DNA of 64,000 bases from assembly GCF_009914755.1 (NCBI RefSeq), contig NC_060947.1; one strand, written 5' to 3'. Position numbers and translations under genes: made by a program. Below the pieces are notes generated by a model. That model was not told the origin of the DNA and did not search any database. It saw only the letters and a program-made list of their open reading frames with translations. The DNA comes from the human T2T-CHM13v2.0 reference genome, Homo sapiens. Shown piece after piece: positions 1 to 14,775 of the stretch. Position 1 is the stretch's first letter. Each line of letters opens with the position of its first letter.

Positions 1-199
1 CATCAGTATTTACTTTTGAGTGTTTGAATTTTTTTCATATTTTACTCTAGAACTTTAAGAAATTATAAAGCCGAAAACATATGATAGGTCAACCACAGTG
101 AAAAGAAATAATCAATTTTCCCTATGCACATATAATATGGACTTTATAAACTAATGTTCAAATTCCCCTGTAGTGCAACTGGTTCTTTTTCTTTCTTTC

Positions 200-333
200 T
201 TTCTTTTTTTAAATTTTAGATATGGGGTTTCGCTATGTTGACCAGACCGATCTCGAACTCCTGGCCTCAAGCGATCCACCCAACTCTGCCTCCCAAAGTG
301 CTAGTATTAGAGGCATGAGGCACCAAGCCTGGC
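200..333 (-). mobile_element. FLAM/Alu monomer (paralogue 6345-6479)
   Basis: Reverse Alu left-arm sequence. Confidence 0.75.
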
Positions 334-882
334 TGCCTTGTAGTATATCTGTTAAAACAAGTTTTCTTCACTGAAAACTTGAGTACTTTTCAAATATAAT
401 TAATTATTCATGGAAATAATGATAGGTTTAAAAGTACTGGCACTTTTAAAAACTGAGTTTGTATAATTCATAAAACATAAAATTAACCATTAAAATGTGT
501 GAAATTTAGTGGCATTTAGTATATTCACAATGCAGTGCAAGCATTACCACTATCTAGTGGCAAATCATTTTCATTACATTCAACTTGCTGGACCTGTAAC
601 TGTGTGAGGTAAATCATACCCAGATAGACTCAGTGAGCAGTATATTTAATTTCTGAAAGAACAAGATTCTTGATGAGCATGGGTGGTTTAGGCCTCATTT
701 TGTTTAGAGATGGAAAAAAAAAAAGCGAAAATTCAACAGTAAGACCAGGTTGCACCAAACTGGACAAATCTCCAGGCAGCCATATTGGGTGGCGCCTTTG
801 TCTCTGAGTGGCGTTTTTTCAGACGGGAAGGGTGGGAGAAAAGGGCGCCAAGATAGGGATTCCTTGAAAATGTGAAGCACGA

Positions 883-896
883 CTGCCACCGTGAGG
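883..896 (-). promoter_or_regulatory. CTCF-like motif
   Basis: cctcacggtggcag on minus; resembles CCGCGNGGNGGCAG. Confidence 0.65.
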
Positions 897-1555
897 AAAT
901 CGTTTAAAGACACAATACGCCATTACAGCGTCCTTCCTGGAAAGATTCGCTGTGGGGAAAAGTCTGAACAGTGGGAGGTGGCAGACGCTTGGGCTCCAGG
1001 CTAGGTCTTCTTGCTTTCTCCTCTAAGGCCTGAAGAGAGGCCTTAACATTGGCGGTATCTTGGTGTAGAACCTGGAGTGCGATGGGCTCGAAGTCAACCA
1101 GCAGCTGCCAGGAGGTCCCGGCACAGGAAATCGTGGGGCCGGGCCCCAGTTCCTCCTGGTGTGGGCAGGACTGCAGGAACCCACTCAAACACACATGGAG
1201 GCTCTTGCGGGCATCTATCTCTTATTCCTGTCCCTTGGAGCAAGAGTCAGCCAACGTTCTCGTGCTGGCTATGGGTCTTTGGGTCTCTGGTAGCATCAGT
1301 ACCGCGCACATAGAACAGGGTTATTCCAGGGGAAGTTTATAGGATTTGCTTTCAGAACGTTCAATCTCCATGTTCTATACCAAGATACCGCCCATATCCA
1401 GGTCTCTTTTAAGGCCTTAGAGGAGAAGACAAGGACTCCTACCTAGCATGGAGCCCAAGCCTCTTCCACCTCCCCACAGACCAGACCTTGGCCAACAGGT
1501 AGTCCTCACGGGGAAGAACACTGTAATGGTGGAAGGGTTTTTTTTTAAACGATAT

Positions 1556-1569
1556 CCGCGCGATGGCAG
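1556..1569 (+). promoter_or_regulatory. CTCF-like motif
   Basis: ccgcgcgatggcag. Confidence 0.65.
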
Positions 1570-1753
1570 TATTGCTCCACATACAGGAAGAAGCCCCGGT
1601 TCAAAGTCCTCTTCTCCCGCCCTTCCTGCCTCAAAAAAAAGCCACCCATAGACAAGCGTTCCAAACCTGGATGCTTTATATCTTGCAGTTTGGAGCTTGC
1701 CGGTCTTACTGCTGCACTTTTTCTTTTTATTTTCAACTTGAAATCAAACTAAA

Positions 1754-2066
1754 GGCCGGGCGCGGTGGCTCACGCCTGTAATCCCAGCACTTTGGGAGGC
1801 CAAGGAGGGCAGATCACCTGAGGTCGGGAATTCGAGACCAGCCTGACCAACATGGAGAAACCCCGTCTGTATTAAAAATACAAAATTAGCCGGGTGTGGT
1901 GACGCATGCCTGTAATCCCTGCTACTCGGGAGGCTGAGATAGGAGAATCGCTTGAACCCAGGAGGCAGAGGTTGAGGGATCGCGCCACTGCACTCCAGCC
2001 TGGGCAACAAGAGAGAAACTCCGTCTCAAATAAAAAAAAAAAAAGAAGAAAGAAAGAAAAGAAAAC
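1754..2066 (+). mobile_element. AluS
   Basis: Full dimer, A-tail, TSD aaatcaaacYaa. Confidence 0.92.
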
Positions 2067-2297
2067 AAATCAAACCAAGGCCTAAACCACCTGCCCTTGT
2101 TCTATCAAAAATTACATATTCTCCTGAACTAGTCTGTGTTAGTTTGATTTGCTTCAGAGTTACAGGTCCAGTAATTTCCGTGGCATCAAACCGTCTCTTT
2201 CAGCGGATAAATTCGGTGGGTGAAAACACAAAAAGGAGAAAAGGGCTGAAAGCAGAAAAGATCTTCTCCGGCAAACAATTTAAAAATCCCAGAGGTC

Positions 2298-2738
<441 letters not shown>

Positions 2739-3231
2739 TCATTACTGCATGCCATATATACTCCACATGGCATGATATTCAAAGTACATATGTTTAATTC
2801 CTGTCACGGTTACTCCGAGTTTCGTCTAATGGTCTCATCGTTTAACATCAAAACACAACATGTGCCCATGCCATTAAATATTCTTCAAGTATTTCCTGAG
2901 ACTTTATGGACTGTGTGTGTTTATAATTATATGTTTCTCTGAGAGTTTTATAATTTGTCTTTTAGGTGTAAGGATTACAGTATTCTCCAAATAGTAAATT
3001 AAAGAATAATGCTTGACAAATATTAAGAATAGTCCATGTATTAATAATGAAGAAAACCGCTACAATACAACTTGTCAAGGCAACTCATTTGGATTATTTC
3101 CATGCATATCTTTCAATAAGTACATTGTTAATTTCAGCAAAAAATAAATCTGTATTAAAAGTGGATTACTGTGTACACTGTGATTTGGATCAGACCAAGT
3201 GTGTATTTTAAGAAACCTTTGAGGAGCGTGA

Positions 3232-3993
<762 letters not shown>

Positions 3994-4835
3994 CTAAGGA
4001 GAGAAGAAAAAAAAAAGTTTTACCCCTAAGGTCTTTCAGAAGAGCAAATCTAGGCACCAGGCTATGTGGTTCTTGTCCTGACTCCCTACCCAGGTTCCCT
4101 AGGAGTTTTACTGCACGATCTGACCTAGTCATTAGGCCTTATATGTTGAGAGGGAGGCTGATATTTAGTGGGGCTCTAACATAAGGGTTCGGACAGCTCT
4201 CCAGCCTGAGAAAACACACACAGCCCTACTTGAATGGACACAAATACAGGAATGACTATAAATTCTAATCAGATGGATCACAGAATTTTGTCTCATGGTT
4301 TCATTATTTAACATTGGAACAGAAATTTTTTCCAGTGTCATTAAATGGCTATGACTTAAGACTGTCCTATAACTTTGTTGTACATGTGTCTTACTCTTTT
4401 TCATTAGGAATAAGTCCTATATTTTCTCATTAGTGACAAAGACATAGAACTTGCAAAGTAAAACAGTAACCATATGCTGATGAAGAGAAAAGCAATGTCA
4501 TAAAACTATATATTAAACACTGATAACCATTTCCATATTCACTCCCTTTTTTTCAATACACAGATAAAAAGTTCTATGTATACAGTCAAACACACAATAA
4601 ATTTACATTTTAGCTGAATTTAGCTATACTTAAGGTTGAAGAATTAAAAGTTTCACATCTGATTGTTGAGGAGTTTTTGATATTCTCATAAAACATTTGT
4701 AATATCTGAATTTTGGACAATAAAATATTTGCAAAGAACTTCTTGATTGGACTATTCATCAAAACATAAGTTCTCAATTTTCACTTTTAAATCTAAAAAA
4801 TACAGATACATATATAAATATATATACATATATTA

Positions 4836-4987
<152 letters not shown>

Positions 4988-5199
4988 TAAACATATAAAT
5001 ACATATTTATATACAATATAAACAGATGTATAATACATACTTATACCTCTGAAAATTAGAATTTTTAATTCTTCTAGAATTCTTATTCCTAATTCTTACC
5101 TTAAAACTTTATCTTTAAAATCTTCAAAGAAAGATAACAAAATTCAACAAATTGTAGTTGAAATAGGCATCTCACACATTTAGTCACCTAGATGTGTAA

Positions 5200-5591
<392 letters not shown>

Positions 5592-5597
5592 TCATTA

Positions 5598-5997
<400 letters not shown>

Positions 5998-6839
5998 TCA
6001 TACATATACAGCATTAAAAATTTTGTAATATACCTAGACAGATATAAATACACACACACTCGACACAGTTTAAATATAATTGGATGCATAATGTTTGAAA
6101 TTTTGTACAAAATCTTCAGTATCACCTTATACTCATTGAATATATCTACATCAATATATACGTTTGAATGCTTGTAATTTTTTCATATTTTACTCTAGGA
6201 GAACTTTATGAAATTATAAAGTAGAAAACATATGGTAGGTCAAACATAATGGAAGAAATAATCACTTTTGCCTATGCACATATAATATGGACTTTTATAA
6301 ACTAATGTTCAAATTCCCCTGTAGTATAACTGTTTTTTATTTATATTTTTAAAAAAAATTTTAGATATGGGGCTTCGCTATGTTGATCAGGTTGATCTTG
6401 ATCTCCTGGCCTAGAGTGATGCTCCCATCTCAGCCTCCCAAAGTGCTAGGATTAGAGGCATGAGGCACCGTGCCCGGCCACCTTGTAGTATAACAGTTAA
6501 AATAAGTTTTCTTCACTGATAACTTGAGTACTTCTCAAATAGAATTAATTATTCATGGAAATAATGACAGCTTTAAAAGTATTGGCACTTTTTAAAACTG
6601 AGTTTGTAAAGTTCACATAACATAAAATTAACCATTAAAATGTGTGAAATTCAGTGGTATTTAGTACATTCACAATGCAGTGCAAGTACTATCTCTATTG
6701 GCAAAGCATTTTCATTACCACAAAAGAAAACCCTGGACCCATTAAGCAGTCATTCCCCATTCCACTCTCTGCCCAGCCCCTGACAAACATTCATCTACTT
6801 TCCCTCACTACTGATCATCTCAATAAGTGGTCTTTTTAG

Positions 6840-7193
<354 letters not shown>

Positions 7194-7581
7194 ATGATAT
7201 CTTATCTCTTCGATATAAATTGGGTTATCTATCTTTTTGTTTCTAGGTTTTAAGAGTTCTTTATATGTACTGGGTATTAGAAGTTTCTAGATAATTGATA
7301 TACAAATGTTTCCTCACATTGTGTCAATTGGCTTTTCAAGTTCTTGATAGTGTATATTGATGCAAAAAGTTTTTAATTTCAGGAAAGTCCAATTTATATT
7401 TTCTTTTGTTAATTGGTGCTTTTGGTGGTATAGCTAAAAAATCATTGCCAAATCTAAAGTCGTGACGATTTATCCCTATAGTGTCCCTGAAGGTTTCATA
7501 GCTTTAGCTCTTACATTTAGAAATTTGATACATTTTGACTTATTTTTGGATATAATGTGAGGCAGAGGACTAAATTCATCC

Positions 7582-7946
7582 TTTTTTTTTTTTTTTTTTT
7601 TGAGACGGAGTCTCACTCTGTCACCCAGGATCCTTAAATTTTTTCTTTCTTTTCTTTTTTTGAGACGGAGTCTCTCTCTGTCACCCAGGCTGTAGTGCAG
7701 TGGCACAATCTCCGCTGACTGCAAGCTCCGCCTCCCGGGTTCACGCCATTCTCCTGCCTCAGCTTCCTGAGTAGCTGGGACTACAGGCGCCCGCCACCAC
7801 GCCCGGCTATTTTTTTTTTTTGTATTGTTTAGTAGAGACAGGGTTTCGCCGCGTTAGTCAGGATGGTCTGGATCTCCTGACCTTGTGATCCGCCCACCTC
7901 AGCCTCCCAAAGTGCTGGATTACTGGCGTGAGCCACAGCGCCCGGC
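7582..7946 (-). mobile_element. AluY-like with duplicated 3' end
   Basis: gcaagctccgcc and ttcacgccatt diagnostics; TSD taaattcatcctttt. Confidence 0.9.
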
Positions 7947-9107
7947 CTAAATTCATCCTTTTGCATATGCATAACCAGTTGTCTATGTACTATTTGTTAA
8001 AGACTCTATTAATTACTCATAAAATGACCTGAATAACTTTGTCAAAAATGAATTGACCACAACGTCTGGGTTTATTTCCAGACTCTCCATCTCTTCCATT
8101 AATCACTGTGTGTATTCTTATTTAATTATCACACTGCTTTGATTACTCTAGCTTTTCTAGTAAGTTTTGAAATATAGAAGTGTGAGTCTTCTACCTTGGT
8201 TTTTCTTATTCAAACTTTACATTGGTTATCAGATCTCTGGCAATTTAATAGGATCTTTAGAATTTGTGCTCCTTTTTTACAAAAACAAACAATGCTCATT
8301 GGGATAATAATGATTGCATTAAATTTATAGATCTCAGTGGGTAGTATTGGTATGTTAAAAATATTTTGTCTTCCAACCCACTACCACAGGATGTCCTTTT
8401 TTAAAATCAAGGTTATCTTTAACTTCTTCTCCAATATTTTGTGATTTTCAATGTATAAGACTTTCATCTATTAACTATTGTCCTAAAAATATGATTCATT
8501 TTGATGCTATTGTAAAGGGAATTGCTTTCTTAATTTAATTTTCAGATTATTCATTGCTAGTGTACACAAATAAAACTACAACTGATTTTTCCGAGTTAAT
8601 GTTCTATCCTGCTGTGCTTGCTAGATACTGTTCACTAGCTCTAATATTGTTGTTTTCTGGATTTTTAAGCATTTTTTACAAGATCATCGTATTTGTGAAG
8701 AGAAATAATTTCCATTTTTTCTTTTCAATTGGGATGTATTTTATATATCTTCATTGCCTGACGCCCTGGGCTAAAATTTTAAGTATAATGTTCAATACAA
8801 GTGGCAAAAGTAGGTGTTCTTCTCCTGTTCCTGATTTTAGAAGCAAAGCTTTCAGTCGTTCCCTCTTGACTATATTATTAGCTGTAGGTTTTTAATTAAT
8901 GCCCCATATATCGTGCTGAGAAAATGATCTTCTAATTATACATTATTAACTGTTTTGAGTTGCTTTTCTGGAGAGATGGACTACAGAAAGTGTCTACTGC
9001 ACCATTGTCATTGATGTCACTTTTGCCATCTGTTTTTGAATTTACTGAAACACTCATGCTTCTTCAAAATGTGCCTGACACAATAGTCATACATGAAAAA
9101 GTAAAGT

Positions 9108-9798
9108 TGTTACAGTTAGTTACATAGGCAATAAGCAGGGCAGGAAAGGACTCTCCCCCACCCAATAGAAATGTCACATGATGGTTCAGCAATGATCACA
9201 TTGTCTCCCTAAAAATGATAATTTGGTAGCAAGGGAGAGGCAATCTCCTGATGGCCCACACCTGATAATATTAAAAGTGTGAACTGAATGCAGGCCCCAG
9301 GGAGAAGCAGCTTCTTGGGCATGCGTATTAAGACACAAAATGGCGAAATATGATGTTCCGGGTACATGCCACCAGAAAAAGGAAAAAAGCCTCAGATGGG
9401 CATGTGTATAACTCCCTAAACACACTGCACAGTGCTCAATTCCAAAGGGTAAGGAGGGCACTGCGCATGCGGAAAGCTCACCCTAAAGGAAGAATCATGA
9501 GCAAGAGGTAAGCCTATAAGGTCCCATGATCAAGGTTAAAAGGTCTTTTTGTTCTCTTGGCCACTCAGGCACCCACTTGGATCTCTTCCAAGGGTTCTTT
9601 CTTTCCTTTCTTTCCTGTTCTAAAGCCTGTTAAATAAACTTCCACTCCTGCTCTGAATCTTGCCTCAGTCTCTTTTTCTGCTTTATGACCCTCAGTCGAG
9701 TTATTTCTTTGGAGGAGGCAAGGACTGAAGTTGCTGTCGACCTATATAGATATGCCGCCTGTTACTCGGGGTAACTTGGTTCACTGCCACCGCTAACA
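9108..9798 (+). mobile_element. Solo ERV1-class LTR (MER50-like)
   Basis: TG...CA ends, TATA-like cctataag, AATAAA, 4-bp TSD aagt; family from memory. Confidence 0.8.
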
Positions 9799-9946
9799 AA
9801 GTGAGATCATGGGTAATGCTACCTCCCACAGACAAGCACTTTTAAAATGTGGATTAATTTTCAATCCTTTTCACTCCTTTTGTTTCCCATCCCTTTATGT
9901 GTAACAACTCCACTAAGAAAGTAAATAAACAAAAAATAAAAAGGAA

Positions 9947-10248
9947 CGGCCGGGCACAGTTGCTTAAGCCTGTAATCCAGCACACTGGGGGGCCGAGACG
10001 GGCTGATCACATGAAGTCAGGAGTTCGAGACCACCCTGACCCACATGGTGAAACCCCGTCTCTACTAAAAATACAAAAATTAGCCAAACGTGGTGGAGCC
10101 CATCTGTAGTCTCAGCTGTTCGGGGGGCTGAGACAAGAGAATCCCATCAACCTGGGAGACGGAGGATGCAGTGAGCTGAGATCGTGCTGCTGCACTCCAG
10201 GCTGGGCGACAGAGCAAGACTCCATCTAAAAAAACAAAACCAAAAAAC
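9947..10248 (+). mobile_element. AluS (paralogue of 25702-26003)
   Basis: Dimer. Confidence 0.88.
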
Positions 10249-11179
10249 AACTCTACTAGAAAATGTAAAACTTTAGGTCCTTTCAGTCTTTAGACAACTA
10301 GATGCCCTTGAGACTATCAGCAAACATACTGGCTCCTGCTTTATCACACCTGGAACAGGCCTGTCTTTGGTGTTCTCATACTGCTGCAACAAAGGACTGT
10401 GATACAGTAACACTGCCTGAAAGCTTACTAACTCTTGCTCCAAGGGACAGGACAGAACACACACACCCATCCCCCCCACACACAGCATCTAATGTCTCAG
10501 GAAATCCCTGAAGAATATGTAATGCATGGGAACATGCTGTGTTCTGGTGTTAAATGTTGAGACCATGAGATGAAACTGAGTGATCTCGATAGGGACTGAA
10601 CATAGGGACTATGAGGATCACGCCATGTGGAGCATATAGGCCAAGGAGTAATGACCAGATGGTCCTTACTCTATGACTTAAACCAAATTTTTGCCTACAA
10701 TGCAACACATGAGGCTAGAACATGAACTCTCTGGTTGTCCGAGAGGGGAACCAGGTCAAAGACCACCAGGATTTGTAAACTGTTTGCCAAAGATCTTCCC
10801 CAAGTTTCAAATAAATTTTTCCTAATTGTACCTTCATCCACCCAGTTTATCACCTGAAGGAGACAATTTGATGCCATGGAACTTGCTGGACCTGTAACAG
10901 TGTGAAGTAAATCATACCCAGATAGTCTCAGTGAGGAGTATATTTAATTTCTGAAAGAACAAGATTCGTGAGGAGCATGGGTGGTTTAGGCCTCATTTTG
11001 TTTTCAGATGGAAAGAAAATAGCAAAAATTCAACAGTAAGACAAGGTCGTACCAAACTGGACAAATCTCCTGGTGGCCATGATCCGTGGGGCCTTTGTCT
11101 CTGGGTAGCATTTTTTCAGACAGAAAAGGCGGGAGAAGAAAGCTCCTAGACAGAGCTTCCAAGAAAATATGAAGCACTA

Positions 11180-11193
11180 CTGCCACCGTGAGG
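11180..11193 (-). promoter_or_regulatory. CTCF-like motif
   Basis: cctcacggtggcag on minus. Confidence 0.65.
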
Positions 11194-11704
11194 AAATAGT
11201 TTGAAGACAGAATCCGCCATTACAGTATTCTTCCCTGGAAGCCTCGCTGTGGGGGAAGGTCTAATCTATGCTGAGGTGGAAGAGGATTGGGCTCCAGGCT
11301 AGGTCTTGTTGCCTTCTCCTCTAAGGTCTTAAGAGAGGCCTGGACATTGGCGGTATCTTGGTGTAGAACCTGGAGAGTGAGGGGCTTGGAGTGAAGCAGC
11401 AGCTGCCAGGCAGTCCTGGCACAGGAATTTCCGGGGCAGGGCCTCTATTTCCCCAGTTGTTTGCTGGACAACAGGAACCCACTCAAACACACATGCAGGC
11501 TCTTGTGGGCATCTGTCTCCTGTTCCTGCCCCTTGGAGCAAGAGTTGGCAGGCTTTCATGTGCTTGCATCTTGCTACAGGTCTTTGGGTCTCTGGTAGCA
11601 TCAGTACCGTGTACAAGGAACAGGATTTTACCAAGCGACATTCACAGTATTTACTTTCCTTCACTCTCCAGGTTCTATACCAAGACACTACCAATGTCCA
11701 GGTC

Positions 11705-11956
<252 letters not shown>

Positions 11957-12113
11957 TGGTCTTTGAGGATAGGGCAAGGATGAGCAGCATGGAGCTCAAG
12001 CCTCTTCCCCCTCCCCACAGGCCAGACCTTCTCCAACAGGTGGAAGGACTGTCTTCAGGGGAAGGACATTGACATGGCTTAGGCATAGGGCGTAGGGCGT
12101 TGCTTAACTATGT

Positions 12114-12127
12114 CCTAACGGTGGCAG
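12114..12127 (+). promoter_or_regulatory. CTCF-like motif
   Basis: cctaacggtggcag. Confidence 0.55.
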
Positions 12128-12220
12128 TAGTGCTCTAGATGTGCTAACAGGTGTCGTGGAGCCTTCTTCTCCCGCCCTTCTTGTCTGAAAAAACGCCACC
12201 CAAAGACAAAGGCACAAGGA

Positions 12221-12232
12221 AACATGGCTGCC
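12221..12232 (+). promoter_or_regulatory. YY1-like motif (paralogues at 775-786, 27757-27768, 40680-40691, 41568-41579, 51232-51243, 61496-61507)
   Basis: aacatggctgcc, ~95 bp downstream of the CTCF-like motif in each copy. Confidence 0.5.
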
Positions 12233-13014
12233 TTGCTTTTTGCCCAGTTTGGAGTCATCTGGTCTTACTGTGGCAATTTTGCTTTTGTTTTCCATCTGAA
12301 ATCAAACCAAGGCCGAAACCACCCACCCTCATCAGAAATCTTATTTGTTCAGACATTTAAAATCCTCCTAACCTAGTCTATATGATTACGATTTACCTCA
12401 GATTTATAGGTCCAGTACTTTCCATGGCATCAAACTGTCTCCCTCGGGGGATAAATTTGGGGATGAAAGCACAGCGATAAAATTGCTTGAGGCTCCGAGA
12501 CCACCAGGATTTACAAATCCTGGTGGTCTCTATTCTGGCTCCCCTTCCAGACAACCAGGGAGTTCTTCATGTTTTAGCTCATGTGTTGCATTGCAGACAA
12601 CAATTTGGCATGAACCATAGAGGAGGGACCAGATAGCTGTCATTACTGCATGCCATATGCGCTCCACATGGCATGATACTCATACTACATATCTTCAGTT
12701 CCTATCAAGGTTATTCACAGTTTCATCTCATGGTCTCGTCATTTAACATCAAAACTCGGCATGTTCCCATGACACTACATAGTCTTCAAGTATTTCCTGA
12801 GACTTTATGGGGTGTGTCTGTTTGTGTGTGTGTGTGTGTGCATGTGTATTTTATAATTTGTCTTTTAGATATAAGTCTTACAGTATTCTCCCACTAGTTA
12901 ATTAAAGAATAATGCTTGACAAAGATTGAGAAAAATCAATGTACTAATAAAGATGGAAAGCACTACAATACAATTTGTCTAGGCAATAAATAAATAAATT
13001 TGGATTATTTCCAT

Positions 13015-13498
13015 GCACTCCCAGGCTTATTAGGAAGAGGAAATTCCCGCCTAATAAAAGAATATATTTCCATGCATATATTCCCGCCTAATAAATTTTG
13101 GTCAGACTGGTTGATCTCAAAAACCCTGTCTCCTGATAAGATGTTATCAATGACAATGGTGCCTGAAACTTCATTAGCAATTTTAATTTCCCCTCGGTCC
13201 TGTGATCTCTCCCTGCCTCCACTTGCCTTGTGATATTCTACTACCTTGTAAAGTACTTGATGTCTGTGACCCACACCTATTCGCACACTCCCTCCCCTTT
13301 TGAAAATCCCTAATAAAAACTTGCTGGTTTTTGCAGCCTGTGGGGCATCTCAGAACCTACCGACATGTGATGTCTTCCCCAGAAGCCCAGCTTTAAAATT
13401 TCTCTCTTTTGTACTCTGTCCCTTTATTTCTCAAGCTGGCCGACGCTTAAGGAAAATAGAAAAGAACCTACGTGAATATCGGGGCTGGTTCCCCGATA
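13015..13498 (+). mobile_element. 5'-truncated MER11-like (ERVK-class) LTR
   Basis: Ends gaaaagaacctacgtgaatatcggggctggttccccgata; contains cctaataaaaacttgctgg. Confidence 0.75.
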
Positions 13499-13509
13499 TA
13501 TACACATCA

Positions 13510-14123
13510 TTTTTTTTCTTTTTTGAGACTAAAACTCTCTCTGTCTCCCAGCAGGAGTGAAATGGCGAGATCTCGGCTCATTGCAACCTCCAGTTCAAGC
13601 GATTCTCCTGCCTCAGCCTCCTGAATAGCTGGGATTACAAGTGCATGCCACTAGGCCTGGTTACTTGGTTTTTTTTGTTTGTTGGTTTTGTTTTTTTTTT
13701 TTTTTGAGACGGAGTCTCGCTCTGTCACCCAAGCTGGAGTGCAGTGATGTGATCTCTGCTCAGTGCAACCTCCGTCTCCCAGGTTCAAGTGATTCTCCTC
13801 CCTCAGCCTTCTGAGTAGCTGGGACTAAAAGCATATGCCACCTGCCCGGCTAATTTTTGTGTTTTTAGTAGAGACAGAGTTTCACCATGTTAGCCAGAAT
13901 GGTCTCCATCTCCCAACCTCGTGATCTGCCCGCCTAGGCCTCCCAAAGTGCTGGGATTACAGGCGTGAGCCACCTGGACCATCCCCAATTGTTTTGTATT
14001 TTTAGTAGACACAGGATTTCACCATGTTGGCCAGGCTGTTCTCCAACTCCTCACCGCAAGTGATCCAATCACCCTGGCCTCCCAAAGTGCTGGGATTACA
14101 GGTGTGAGCCACCACGCCCGGCT
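13510..14123 (-). mobile_element. Alu nested in the linker of an older Alu
   Basis: Inner ~13668-13980; outer halves on either side; outer paralogous to 28850-29135. Confidence 0.85.
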
Positions 14124-14476
14124 ATATATACATTCCTAATTTCATGCAAATAACAAATCTGTATTGAAATTGGGTCACACTCTACACTGTGGTTTGGAGC
14201 AGATCAAGTGTGTATTTTAACAAAGCTTTCAGGAGGATGAATTCATTTGAATATCATAAATGGTAAATGTTTTCAACATTGCAAGCCTTCAGTGTAAATG
14301 AAGGTAACTCTGAAAAATATATGCTCAGAAACATTCCTTTAGAAATGTAGACACCATTCATTTTTTGTTTAAATTTTTACAGATGCATCACAACGTGCGT
14401 ATTGGCTCTCTAGAATACATACATGACTATATGTTTGGTTTAAGGTTATGACATGTTAGAAGTAGAGTAAAATGCA

Positions 14477-14775
14477 CTGGGCGCGGTGGCTCATGCCTGT
14501 AATCCCAGCACTTTGAGAGGCCGAGGCGGGCGGATCATGAGGTCAGGAGATCGAGACCTTCCTGGCTAACACGGTGAAACCTCGTCTCTACTAAAAATAC
14601 AAAAAATTAGCCAGACGTGGTGGCTGGCGTCTGTAGTCCCAGCTACTCAGGAGGCTGAGGCAGGAGAATGGTGTGAACCCAGGAAGCAGGGCTTGCAGTG
14701 AGCCGAGATTGCGCCACTGCACTCCAGCCTGGGTGAAAGAGCGAGACTCCACCTCAAAAAAAAAAAAAAAAAAAA
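14477..14775 (+). mobile_element. AluY-like
   Basis: ctggctaacacggtg diagnostic; TSD agtagagtaaaat. Confidence 0.9.

Noticed and set aside
9186-9461. ORFs conserved between units (also 24938-25225, 10302-10511/26057-26266)
   Set aside because: Identity reflects the near-identical duplicated tract and LTR, not coding selection
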